This document shows, piece by piece, positions 43,751-52,933 of a stretch of DNA of 64,000 bases; position 1 is the first letter of the stretch, and each line of letters begins with the position of its first letter. Source of the DNA: Candidatus Anstonellales archaeon (GTDB lineage: Archaea > Micrarchaeota > Micrarchaeia > Anstonellales > J096); contig JAVYLQ010000001.1 in assembly GCA_038740615.1 (NCBI GenBank), positions 19,157-83,156 of the forward strand, given 5' to 3'. Made by a program: the position numbers and the translations under genes. The notes beneath the pieces were generated by a model. It worked only from the letters and a program-made list of their open reading frames with translations. It searched no databases and was not told the DNA's origin.

Positions 43751-44338
43751 TTAAAAATTATTAAGTTTATTGTTTTTGAGAGTTCTATAAGTAGACCATT
43801 TCTTCCGTATGTATCTTTCCAAATCTCTGAAATTCTGAGGATCTTTCAGGAACTCAATTGTTCTTGGGTCGGAAGGATACCCACTACCGAAATCACCGTA
43901 TCTTGCATGCAATTCATCAATATATCTATCTCGATATACTTTAGCAACTATACTAGCAGCACTCACTATGGGGTATTTAGAATCTGCTTTGTAGTCAGCA
44001 ATCACATATCTACCTAGTTTTTTTAGAGATAATGGGTCCATAAATGCATCTATATATATCCCATCATACTCTCCCCGATCTTGCAACCATTCTTGGATCT
44101 TCCTATACTCTAATCGATTTATATTTTCCCTATCAATCTCCCAGGGTTCTATCTTTATATGATCTACAAGATCGGCCTGCTCTACAATCTCTTGAAACAG
44201 ATTCTCTCTTTGCTGTCTACTAAGCTCTTTAGAATCACGAACAGCAGAACGTAGAGGGGAGGATATCTCAACCAATCCAATAACCAGAGGACCTATTAGT
44301 GCCCCTCTACCAGCCTCATCTATTCCAAGCAATCTCAA
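43751..44338 (-). CDS. rnhB: Ribonuclease HII
   Basis: GIDEAGRG, DSK, VSAASIVAKV, GSGYPSDP. Confidence 0.96.
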   Translation of the reverse strand: MRLLGIDEAGRGALIGPLVIGLVEISSPLRSAVRDSKELSRQQRENLFQEIVEQADLVDHIKIEPWEIDRENINRLEYRKIQEWLQDRGEYDGIYIDAFMDPLSLKKLGRYVIADYKADSKYPIVSAASIVAKVYRDRYIDELHARYGDFGSGYPSDPRTIEFLKDPQNFRDLERYIRKKWSTYRTLKNNKLNNF

Positions 44339-44340
44339 AT

Positions 44341-44619
44341 CTATTTCTGCCCTGTGATCAAGAATCTCTGATCTACAATAACGTAATCTCTTGCAGCTAA
44401 TACTGCATCAAAAGGCAATTTGATTTTACCATCCTCAACTTTTATCTTATTTTCATTCTTGTAAAGGAAATTCTCATTTGGATCAACAATTATATATAGC
44501 AATTTTCCAGTCTTGGTATCAAATTCTATATCTAACAGATTCCCCACCTCTTCTCCATTAGTAGCAACAATCTTCTTACCTGGAAGATTTTTTGCAGTTA
44601 TTATTCCCATTAAGCTCAC
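44341..44619 (-). CDS. PRC-barrel protein (CdpB-like)
   Basis: GKKIVATNGEEVG..D...D..TG, LPFDAV.A.RDYVIV. Alternative start at ATG 44610. Confidence 0.8.
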   Translation of the reverse strand: MSLMGIITAKNLPGKKIVATNGEEVGNLLDIEFDTKTGKLLYIIVDPNENFLYKNENKIKVEDGKIKLPFDAVLAARDYVIVDQRFLITGQK

Positions 44620-44672
44620 CTATATTAAGATTTAACTAACTATTTTTAAATTTATTTATACTTAATCAAATC

Positions 44673-46136
44673 ATGGCGAATGTAAGAGTAAAGTATCTAT
44701 CAAGAGATGATATGGAACTATTGAATAATCTTGGATTTCCATCCGAAGATGGTATTGTAGAGGTCACTCCAAATAGACCAGATATGTTAAGCGAAGTGGG
44801 GATAAGAAGGGTAATCGATCTGTACAGAGGCAAGAAAATATCTCAGTATAGATCTAAAAGATTAGAGATCGATATTAATATTGAACATGTTCCAAGTAGG
44901 CCTTATATTGAAATAGCTACTCTAGAGCTGAGTTCTAAGATCGAACTAGATGATCTCATAGAGTTCCAAGAGAAACTCCATGAGACTTATGGGAGAAAGA
45001 GAAAAAGAGTGGCGATAGGTATTCATGATTTGGATTATATAACTCCTCCAATAACCTATAGAGCAGTATACGATGAGACATTTATCCCTCTTAACTCAAA
45101 CCAGAGAATGAATATAGAACAGATACTAAAGTCTTTAGATAAGGGTAAAGAATATGGGCATTTAGTCAGTCCACCATATCCTATGTTATATGATAGCACT
45201 GGGGTTATATCTTTTCCACCAATCATAAATAGCGATCGTACCAAACTAAGAGAGGAGACTAGAAAAATACTGATTGATGTAACCGGTATAAACCAACATT
45301 ATGTCAAAGATACGATGAAAATACTATTATGTTATTTTATAGATCTAGGTGCTAAGAATGTAGAATCCACAACTCAACTAGATTACAAAACTATTACAGC
45401 CCCAGCAAGCAGGATTAGAGAGTTAATAAATATAGATGTTGATTATAGAGAAATGCTTATGAAATCTGGAATTGAATACGATGGTAATGTAGCGATAATT
45501 CCTCCATACAGAGTGGATTTTATGGACTGGACAGATGTTGCCGAAGAAATAGCTATTAATTATGGGTATAATCATATTCCTAGAGATTTCCCAAAAATAT
45601 ACCAATCTGCTGAGATCGGTGAAGATCCTATTAGAGATATAATGGATCGAATGGGATTTAGCGAAGTCTATACCTCATTCTTAGTGAAGTACGATGATGC
45701 CAAAGAATACTTTGAACTAGAGAAATTACAGAATTCTGTATCTGAAGATTACAATGCTATTCGACCATCATTAGAATTATCATTGTTAAGAGTGATTCAT
45801 AAGAACAGAAATGCTAAACTCCCATATAAAATCTATGAGATAGGACGAGTATATGACCCTAGATTAGATAGAGAATACGATCAGATAGGATTTGCAATAA
45901 TGCAGAATGAATTTAGAGTAGAGGATTATTTAGGTATAATAAAAACATTAGCCATGGCTATGAATGCCCAACTACATTTGGACAGAGGAAGTGGTAGTAA
46001 AATATTATTAGATACTACGTCATTCAAAGGAAAAATTAATGATTATGAATTCTACGTGGGTGCTGTTAGATACGAGATCCTGGAGAGATTCGAAATCGAT
46101 AGACCAGTAGTTATAGGTATTATATTTAAAAAATAA
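44673..46136 (+). CDS. pheT: Phenylalanine-tRNA ligase beta subunit
   Basis: EVTPNRPD, QEKLH..GRKR..VAIGIHD, SFPPIINS, PPYRVD, DVAEE. Confidence 0.95.
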   Translation: MANVRVKYLSRDDMELLNNLGFPSEDGIVEVTPNRPDMLSEVGIRRVIDLYRGKKISQYRSKRLEIDINIEHVPSRPYIEIATLELSSKIELDDLIEFQEKLHETYGRKRKRVAIGIHDLDYITPPITYRAVYDETFIPLNSNQRMNIEQILKSLDKGKEYGHLVSPPYPMLYDSTGVISFPPIINSDRTKLREETRKILIDVTGINQHYVKDTMKILLCYFIDLGAKNVESTTQLDYKTITAPASRIRELINIDVDYREMLMKSGIEYDGNVAIIPPYRVDFMDWTDVAEEIAINYGYNHIPRDFPKIYQSAEIGEDPIRDIMDRMGFSEVYTSFLVKYDDAKEYFELEKLQNSVSEDYNAIRPSLELSLLRVIHKNRNAKLPYKIYEIGRVYDPRLDREYDQIGFAIMQNEFRVEDYLGIIKTLAMAMNAQLHLDRGSGSKILLDTTSFKGKINDYEFYVGAVRYEILERFEIDRPVVIGIIFKK

Positions 46137-46153
46137 TACCTAACATAATTAGT

Positions 46154-46531
46154 ATGACGCTTAATAGGTTGATAAAGCGTAATGTCTTGTATGTTGACAT
46201 CAACTCTGAAGTTGGAGAGGTTGCAAAGAAAATGAAAGAGAAGAGAAGTGGGTATGCTATAATAGTTGATAAGAATAGAGCTGAGGGGATAGTAACCAGA
46301 ACAGATCTAGTCTATAGAGTTCTAGCTGAACAGAAACCATATAGTACTAAGATCAGAGAGGTTATGAGTTATCCCCTCATAGTTCTGTTTCCAGAGATGA
46401 CAATAGATGATGCTATTAATGCATTCAATCAGCACCCCATCCAGAGGATTGTTATAGTTGATAAGAACACATCTGAATTAATAGGGGTTATAGATAAAGA
46501 TGATGTTTTTAAGATGTTATCAAATAAATAA
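46154..46531 (+). CDS. CBS-domain pair protein
   Basis: GIVTRTDL, IREVMSYP, LIGVIDKDD. Confidence 0.88.
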   Translation: MTLNRLIKRNVLYVDINSEVGEVAKKMKEKRSGYAIIVDKNRAEGIVTRTDLVYRVLAEQKPYSTKIREVMSYPLIVLFPEMTIDDAINAFNQHPIQRIVIVDKNTSELIGVIDKDDVFKMLSNK

Positions 46532-46534
46532 TTC

Positions 46535-46597
46535 GCCGAGCAGGGATGGCCGATCGGAGGTGGGTGATGAATCCGGTCAACACTGCTCGGTAGTATA
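46535..46597 (+). ncRNA. Putative structured small RNA or leader with terminal K-loop (H/ACA-like hairpin)
   Basis: GC-rich island: GCCGAGCAG/CTGCTCGGT stem, TGGCCG/CGGTCA stem, CGGA...GTGATGA apical motif; TTTTTAAG at 46506-46513 upstream. Confidence 0.55.
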
Positions 46598-46612
46598 GAG
46601 GTTATATTTACG

Positions 46613-46618
46613 AGGTGA
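46613..46618 (+). promoter_or_regulatory. Shine-Dalgarno site of dnaG
   Basis: AGGTGA 6 nt before ATG 46625. Confidence 0.7.
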
Positions 46619-46624
46619 AAGATT

Positions 46625-47899
46625 ATGGCAAAAACATATATGGATAACCAGAAGTATATGATAAGAGTATTGGTAGAGGTTAAAGGAAAAGCTAGTAAAG
46701 ATGACATCATAGGAGCAGTATTTGGTCAGACTGAAGGACTGCTAGGTAAGGATATGGATCTCAGAAACCTACAGGAACACGCTAAGATAGGTAGATTGGA
46801 ACCAGAGGGTCAGATCACCTATTCTCCAGTTAACAACACCACTACAGCTATCTTCAATTTACCTTCTAGCTTGGATATAGAAAAAACTGTTATAATAGCA
46901 GCAGCTCTGGAAACTATAGATAAAGTAGGGCCTCATTCAGCTGTCTTTACTGTGGAGAAAATATCTGATACTAGACAGGAGAAACGTGCTAAAATCAAGA
47001 ACAGAGCTAAAGAATTATTGCAGAAATTCTTAGAGGAGAAACAGATTGATGTTGGTGAGATAGAGAAGGAGCTTAGAGAGCATATAGCAAAGAAGAATAT
47101 AATACAATTGGTTCCAGGGAATGATAAAATAGTAGCTCATAAAGAATATGATCTTCAGGATAGTGTAATATTTGTAGAGGGCAAAGCTGATGTACAGAAT
47201 CTAGTATACTATGGTATTAAGAATGTAGTATCTGTAGGAGGAGTATCCGATGTAATTCCTGATAAGATCAAGGAGATAGCTAATAAAAAAGAGGTAATAT
47301 TGTTCCTGGATGGAGATAATGGTGCTAAGAAAGTAGCTGAGAATCTAATAAGCAGAGGTGTGAAAATCGATTACATTGCTCAGGCTCCTGCTGGCAAGGA
47401 AGTTGAGGAACTAGTTGGTAAGGAGATCCATACAGCTCTGAGAAAGAAAAGATATGTTGGATCGATAGACTTCAGTAACAGAGATAATTTATATCAATTG
47501 ATAGATTCAATACTCAAGGAGAGTGAACAAAATGAGCCAGAGGATACTGAAGACAAGCCAGAGCAGATTGCTGAACAGACTGCAGACACGGCAAAACCCC
47601 AGATCAACCATGCATCTTATCTATCGAGTATAATCGGTAAGAAACAGGCTCTAATTCTATACCGAGATAATAATACAGAAATTACAGATATGAAAAATAT
47701 AATTCCTAAACTTAAGGAGAAAGCTCAGGAGATTATGGCAATTTACATAGATGGATTAATACCTGATAGTGTGATATCTACTATTGCATCCACAAATGCA
47801 GAATACTTAGGAATAACTAATCCTAATGCAAAGTATACTATAAAATCCAAGCTGGGTAAGAATAATAAGAACATCAGGGTAGTGTCTCTAGATGATTGA
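46625..47899 (+). CDS. dnaG: Archaeal DnaG (TOPRIM; exosome-associated)
   Basis: DIIGAVFGQTEGLLG, IGR, AAALETIDKVGP, VEGKADV, DGD, GKEVEEL. Confidence 0.95.
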   Translation: MAKTYMDNQKYMIRVLVEVKGKASKDDIIGAVFGQTEGLLGKDMDLRNLQEHAKIGRLEPEGQITYSPVNNTTTAIFNLPSSLDIEKTVIIAAALETIDKVGPHSAVFTVEKISDTRQEKRAKIKNRAKELLQKFLEEKQIDVGEIEKELREHIAKKNIIQLVPGNDKIVAHKEYDLQDSVIFVEGKADVQNLVYYGIKNVVSVGGVSDVIPDKIKEIANKKEVILFLDGDNGAKKVAENLISRGVKIDYIAQAPAGKEVEELVGKEIHTALRKKRYVGSIDFSNRDNLYQLIDSILKESEQNEPEDTEDKPEQIAEQTADTAKPQINHASYLSSIIGKKQALILYRDNNTEITDMKNIIPKLKEKAQEIMAIYIDGLIPDSVISTIASTNAEYLGITNPNAKYTIKSKLGKNNKNIRVVSLDD

Positions 47900-48788
47900 A
47901 ATACAATTCTTAGGAACCTCATCTGGAATCCCATCTCTTACTAGAAACTTCCCATCAATCAGCATAAAAGATCTAAGATCTGGAGATATAAATCTGTTTG
48001 ATGTGGGTGAGGGAACACAGAGACAGATTCTCAGATACGGTCTAGGCTTGGGTAAGATCCGTAGAATATTCATAAGCCACTTACACATAGATCACTTTCT
48101 AGGTTTATATGGATTAGTAGAAACGTATAAAGTTTATGGTATAGAATTACCTGAGATATATCTTCCAGATAGAATACCTTATATAGCTAGTGAATTCCCA
48201 TTTAAATTCATCAGAGCCAAGACTCTCGTTGATTCAGAAAACTACAGGATAGATGCATTCAGAGTAAAACACATGAAAAATTCTTATGGGTTTGTGTTTG
48301 AGAGTAAGGGTATTAGGAAGTTTATACCCGAGAGAATAAAGGGACTAAATGACAGGGATTTTATCAATCTGAAGAGTAAGGGATACACAATAAAAGGTGA
48401 GAACATAGTAAAAATAGATGAGATCACTTATATACAGGCCGGGATTAGAATTCTATACACAGGCGATAGTATGTTCTATCCCGATCTAGTGAATATTATA
48501 GAGCATGCTGATGTAGTTATACACGACAGTACTTTCTTAGATGAGGATAGAGAGGCTAGAGATAAGAAACACTCTACTGCATTACAAGCTAGTGAGATGG
48601 CTAGATTGCTAGGAGCCAAACTTCTCATTCTAACCCATATCAGTAACAAATATGAATCTTGGAGAGATGAGGATATAATATCTAAAGTAGGTAATAGTGA
48701 CATTCCTATTGTAGTTGCAAGAGATGGTATGAAAATTACTCTAAAAAGAACGGATTCTGGAGATATAGAATATAATATAAAGATATAA
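47892..48788 (+). CDS. rnz: Ribonuclease Z
   Basis: LGTSSGIP, DVGEGTQ, SHLHIDH, YTGD, HDSTF, HST, LTHIS. Confidence 0.93.
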   Translation: MIEIQFLGTSSGIPSLTRNFPSISIKDLRSGDINLFDVGEGTQRQILRYGLGLGKIRRIFISHLHIDHFLGLYGLVETYKVYGIELPEIYLPDRIPYIASEFPFKFIRAKTLVDSENYRIDAFRVKHMKNSYGFVFESKGIRKFIPERIKGLNDRDFINLKSKGYTIKGENIVKIDEITYIQAGIRILYTGDSMFYPDLVNIIEHADVVIHDSTFLDEDREARDKKHSTALQASEMARLLGAKLLILTHISNKYESWRDEDIISKVGNSDIPIVVARDGMKITLKRTDSGDIEYNIKI

Positions 48789-48824
48789 AAAGATTTCTAT
48801 GTTATAATAAAAGCAGGTGAGACT

Positions 48825-49112
48825 ATGCCTGAGAACAAACCAGAAAATGATAATGTAGTTCTAATCGGAAAGAAGCCTACAATAGGATATGTGTTAGCAG
48901 TACTAACACAGCTCAGCCAGGGTGCAAAAGAGGTAATAATAAGAGCAAGAGGAAAGCAGATAGCAAGAGCAGTAACTGTTCTAGAGTTGCTAAAGAGAAA
49001 ATACAGACCAGATATAAAAACAAAGTCTATAACTACATCTACAGAAGATGTACCAAAAGAAGATGGAAAAGTGACAAAAGTCTCTGCTATAGAGATTATA
49101 GTAGAGGCTTAA
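48825..49112 (+). CDS. albA: Chromatin/RNA-binding protein Alba
   Basis: IGKKP..YVLA, IRARG, VSAIEI. Confidence 0.95.
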   Translation: MPENKPENDNVVLIGKKPTIGYVLAVLTQLSQGAKEVIIRARGKQIARAVTVLELLKRKYRPDIKTKSITTSTEDVPKEDGKVTKVSAIEIIVEA

Positions 49113-49118
49113 TCCTTT

Positions 49119-49808
49119 CTATTTTTTCCCTTCCTTTTCCAATTCTTCATATCTCTTTCTGATCTTGTTGTATAATTCCTCTTTTATATCTCTACCAGCC
49201 ATATCTGCTTTCATAGCTATAGAAAGTTTGGATGCAAGTGTTCTGGCCATTTTACCTCTAAGTCGTTTTGGTAATCTATTAACCCAAGGCGATAGATATA
49301 ATATACCATGTTTGGGTGGTTTTATTTTACCTTTGGATCGAATATGTTTAAAGAGTGCCTTTTCTGCACCGATAACCTGTATAGTTGATGCTGGCGCATT
49401 CACCAATTTATCATAACTACCCATTTTCTCTAACATCATAGCTACTATAAAAGGACCTACTAAATAGCTCGAATTAGGAAATCTACTCTGAATAAGTTGC
49501 TCTATCTTCTGCCTGATCTGCCGTTCCTCACGTCGTATGACATCGTATATATCGACAAATTCTCTGTAAACACTCTCATCAAATCCGTGTTTTCTAATTG
49601 ATTCATATATCTGTGGGTCCTTAGGATCTTTCACATCTAGATACATAGAATTTTTAATCCACTCTTGTAATCTCTCTTCAAAGAGATTCTGAGTATCCTT
49701 TAGATCATAATATGCTCTAATCAGATTAACTATATACTGATCCTCTGAAGGTTCCTGTAACTCTCTCTCCAATTTTTTCAAGAATTTCTTCTTTAAATCA
49801 TCTCTCAT
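49119..49808 (-). CDS. nop5: Nop5-like C/D RNP protein (Nop domain; short)
   Basis: PASTIQVIGAEKALF, PPKHG, RGKMARTLASK. Confidence 0.88.
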   Translation of the reverse strand: MRDDLKKKFLKKLERELQEPSEDQYIVNLIRAYYDLKDTQNLFEERLQEWIKNSMYLDVKDPKDPQIYESIRKHGFDESVYREFVDIYDVIRREERQIRQKIEQLIQSRFPNSSYLVGPFIVAMMLEKMGSYDKLVNAPASTIQVIGAEKALFKHIRSKGKIKPPKHGILYLSPWVNRLPKRLRGKMARTLASKLSIAMKADMAGRDIKEELYNKIRKRYEELEKEGKK

Positions 49809-51055
49809 AGAAATAGATTCTTAATTAGGAATATTGGATCAGTAAGCTGTTTCTTATACTTAAGAGTATCCTCGGATACTATTGTGGAAGTGATCAATTC
49901 TTTTAATTCTCTCTTATGATTCACTCTGTTGAAGAAATGATTCAACAACCATCTAATGGAACCAAGTCTCTGAATCCTATACATTGTTTGGAGTTCTGGA
50001 TCTAATTTCTCCTTTAATAGATCATCGTACATTTTCAATACTTTCTCTGAAAAGTCCCCTAATTCAAAAGCTTTTTTTATTGTTTGAGCTGCTAATTTAG
50101 ATGATAGTAGTGCATTCCCTATACCCTCTCCTGTCAGAGGATCTATTAGAGCTGCAGCATCACCAACTAGGAGTAACCCATTGAAATATGGTTTTCTTCT
50201 CTTAGAACCCAAAGGTAATGTCCAACCTATTATATTAGTTAATCTCTTAGCATTCTTAAATCTATCTTTAAATTTAGGGTGTTCATTTATCAATTTTTCC
50301 ATGAGTTGGGTTAAATTAATCTTCTTGTTTCTCATGTCTCTATCCAACATTCCAATACCAACGTTAGCTTTCTTACCTTCTAGAGGGAATATCCAGAAGT
50401 ATCCAGGTAATGCCTCTTCTACAAAATGTATTTCTATTACCTCTCTCATTCCCTCCACTCCATCGTAATATGCTCTTACAGCAGAAACATAATGATCTGG
50501 ATCTCTGAATGCAACTCCTGCCTTGTTAGCTACTACTGAAGCAGCACCATCCGCCCCAACTATTATTTTTGCTCTAAACTCATGTATATTTCCAGAATTA
50601 TCTTTAGCCAATACACCTACGTAATTATCATTCTCTTTTATCAGATCAAACACAGTCATTTGCTCATAGGCGTCCAAACCCTCTATTTTCTTAGCATTTT
50701 GATATAGAAAATTATCGAAATCAATTCTTCTAACAACAGCTCCATGAGGCTTGGCATCAGGTTTTTCCTGTCTAGAATCTACTATAAGATCGACGCCATT
50801 AGGTCCACTCATCCACACACCATATCCTGGTCCATGTGGTAATTTGAATAACTCATCAAACAGACCTAGTTCCTTAAGAATTGTAGAAGATTTACCACTT
50901 ACTCCATCACCACACACCTTATCTCTAGGAAACTTTTGCTTATCCAATAGAGCGATCTTCAATCCACTATCTCTAAGATGAAGAGCTGTTCCAGACCCAC
51001 CAGGACCCGCCCCAACTATAACTACATCATATTCATGTAGTATGTTCTGACTCAT
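49805..51055 (-). CDS. Geranylgeranyl reductase family FAD oxidoreductase
   Basis: VGAGPGG, FPRDKVCG, GADG, PGYFWIFP, VGDAA..IDPLTGEGI. Confidence 0.88.
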   Translation of the reverse strand: MSQNILHEYDVVIVGAGPGGSGTALHLRDSGLKIALLDKQKFPRDKVCGDGVSGKSSTILKELGLFDELFKLPHGPGYGVWMSGPNGVDLIVDSRQEKPDAKPHGAVVRRIDFDNFLYQNAKKIEGLDAYEQMTVFDLIKENDNYVGVLAKDNSGNIHEFRAKIIVGADGAASVVANKAGVAFRDPDHYVSAVRAYYDGVEGMREVIEIHFVEEALPGYFWIFPLEGKKANVGIGMLDRDMRNKKINLTQLMEKLINEHPKFKDRFKNAKRLTNIIGWTLPLGSKRRKPYFNGLLLVGDAAALIDPLTGEGIGNALLSSKLAAQTIKKAFELGDFSEKVLKMYDDLLKEKLDPELQTMYRIQRLGSIRWLLNHFFNRVNHKRELKELITSTIVSEDTLKYKKQLTDPIFLIKNLFL

Positions 51056-51105
51056 GAGTTTATTAAGAAAAATAGCTATTTAAAGATATCGAATATGCTA
51101 TATAT

Positions 51106-51852
51106 ATGCTGCTTAAGTTCTCATTTTTAGGTTCAGAATATGATTTCGATGAAGCTAAGTATATAATAATACCTGTTATCTATGGAAAACCCTTATCAAG
51201 AGAGGCAGCGATAGGGATTATTCGCCAATCATTAAATCTTCCAGGTTACAACAATAGATATGGAATACGATATAACGATATTCCGGTTTATACATTTGAT
51301 CTTGTCATCCCTTCTATAGATCCTTCCAAAGCTATGCGCGAATTACATAATATTTTAGATTATATTCTGTCCAAAAACAAAATTCCAATAATGATTGGTG
51401 GGGATCACTCGATCACAATATCTACTGTAGGTTTATTTAACAGATATATTCTTGTAGATGCTCATCTGGATTTATATTCTGAGTATGAAGGTAGTGAATA
51501 CAGTCATGCATGTGTTGGTAGAAGATTGATCGAATATTCGGAGGAAATCTATTACTATGGGGTGAGGGTTGTAGAGCCCGAAGAATTAGATATTGCATAT
51601 AAAACTCTAGATAGATTAGAAATAGATAGATTCTATCTATCTGTGGATCTTGATGTGTTGGATCCTATTTATGTAGATACAAATGTCCCAAGTTATGGAG
51701 GCAAATCATATGGAGAATTGTTAGAATTTATAGAAGGAATAACTGGTAAGATGGTGTTAGGTATGGATTTCGTAGAAACAGTAGATAATCCAAAAAGCAC
51801 CTATCTCACCGCCGATTTGATCGCAAATACTTTAGCTATTCTAGAGAGTTAA
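51106..51852 (+). CDS. Agmatinase/arginase family ureohydrolase
   Basis: GGDHSIT, DAHLD, SHAC, SVDLDVLDP. Confidence 0.88.
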   Translation: MLLKFSFLGSEYDFDEAKYIIIPVIYGKPLSREAAIGIIRQSLNLPGYNNRYGIRYNDIPVYTFDLVIPSIDPSKAMRELHNILDYILSKNKIPIMIGGDHSITISTVGLFNRYILVDAHLDLYSEYEGSEYSHACVGRRLIEYSEEIYYYGVRVVEPEELDIAYKTLDRLEIDRFYLSVDLDVLDPIYVDTNVPSYGGKSYGELLEFIEGITGKMVLGMDFVETVDNPKSTYLTADLIANTLAILES

Positions 51853-52933
51853 TTATATCTCTCCATCTACTCGCAATAACCTCTGGACTGAATTTCTCTC
51901 TTACATACCTCTCTCCAGGAACCCTATCATACTCTTCCAATAACATAGGTAAACTCTCTACCCAGACCTGTCCCTCTCTAGAGTTAACATCTGTTGCCAC
52001 AGGCAATAGAGCACCTAACTCAGTTCTGTAAGGGTATTCTGGTCGGAATTCAAAATCATATATTCCTAATGCCTCTCTAGATCCATATTTATAATCAGAA
52101 GTAAATACAGGTATATTCAGGGACAATGCCTCTAATAGCACAATACCAAACCCTTCCATTACTGAAGTATGTATATATGCCTTTGCACCTTTAAGATAAA
52201 CATACGGATTATTGGTCTTGAATATATAAACATCTGCCTCCTCATCTGGAGACCTACCCACTCTGAATCCACGGGATTTTGCCAAATTTATCAATTCATT
52301 CTCCAAAGGCCCATATCCTAAGATCAGAAGTTTTAGATCATTCCTATTCCTAATCTTACTATAAACGTCTATTAGAAACTTCTGATTTTTAAGATCCACG
52401 TATCTTCCGATGTTTATGATATATCCCTCATCTAAATATTTACCACGTGTTGCCTGATCTTTAATATAATCTAAATCAATAGGATTATGAATTGTTATCG
52501 TATTTGGGTTCTCATATCTACGGATAGCGTCAACCCTCATATGTTCTGACACACATACAATCCTATCCGCTGACTTGAATACTTGTTTCTCGAATGGGAT
52601 TTTTCGATTTAAGTTTAAATGATGTATCACCATTATCGCTTTGGTTCCAAGAGAGTTCTTCATAATAAAATTTAAAAAATTGGATTGATTGAGATGTGAA
52701 ATTATTACATCATTCACTGCAAAAAATTTTCTAGCCTTTAAGAGAAAAACAGGCATATACAGATAAGTTAAGATACCGCTCATTCTCTTAGTTCTAATCA
52801 ATGGTGTGTATTTGACATCTAATTGCATAGAGTTATCATATAGTGTAAATATTTCCATATCCAAATATTTCGATAGAGTAATCAGTGATCTCTCTGCACC
52901 TCCTAGTTCTAGAGAATTTATTAGCATTTTCAT
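51836..52933 (-). CDS. Glycosyltransferase, GT4 family
   Basis: GGAER, IHNPID, IGR..LKN, EGFGIVLLEA. Confidence 0.9.
   Translation of the reverse strand: MKMLINSLELGGAERSLITLSKYLDMEIFTLYDNSMQLDVKYTPLIRTKRMSGILTYLYMPVFLLKARKFFAVNDVIISHLNQSNFLNFIMKNSLGTKAIMVIHHLNLNRKIPFEKQVFKSADRIVCVSEHMRVDAIRRYENPNTITIHNPIDLDYIKDQATRGKYLDEGYIINIGRYVDLKNQKFLIDVYSKIRNRNDLKLLILGYGPLENELINLAKSRGFRVGRSPDEEADVYIFKTNNPYVYLKGAKAYIHTSVMEGFGIVLLEALSLNIPVFTSDYKYGSREALGIYDFEFRPEYPYRTELGALLPVATDVNSREGQVWVESLPMLLEEYDRVPGERYVREKFSPEVIASRWRDIINSLE

Noticed and set aside
46429..46710. 93-aa minus-strand ORF spanning the hairpin
   Set aside because: Antisense to the CBS gene and dnaG, with no recognisable motifs.
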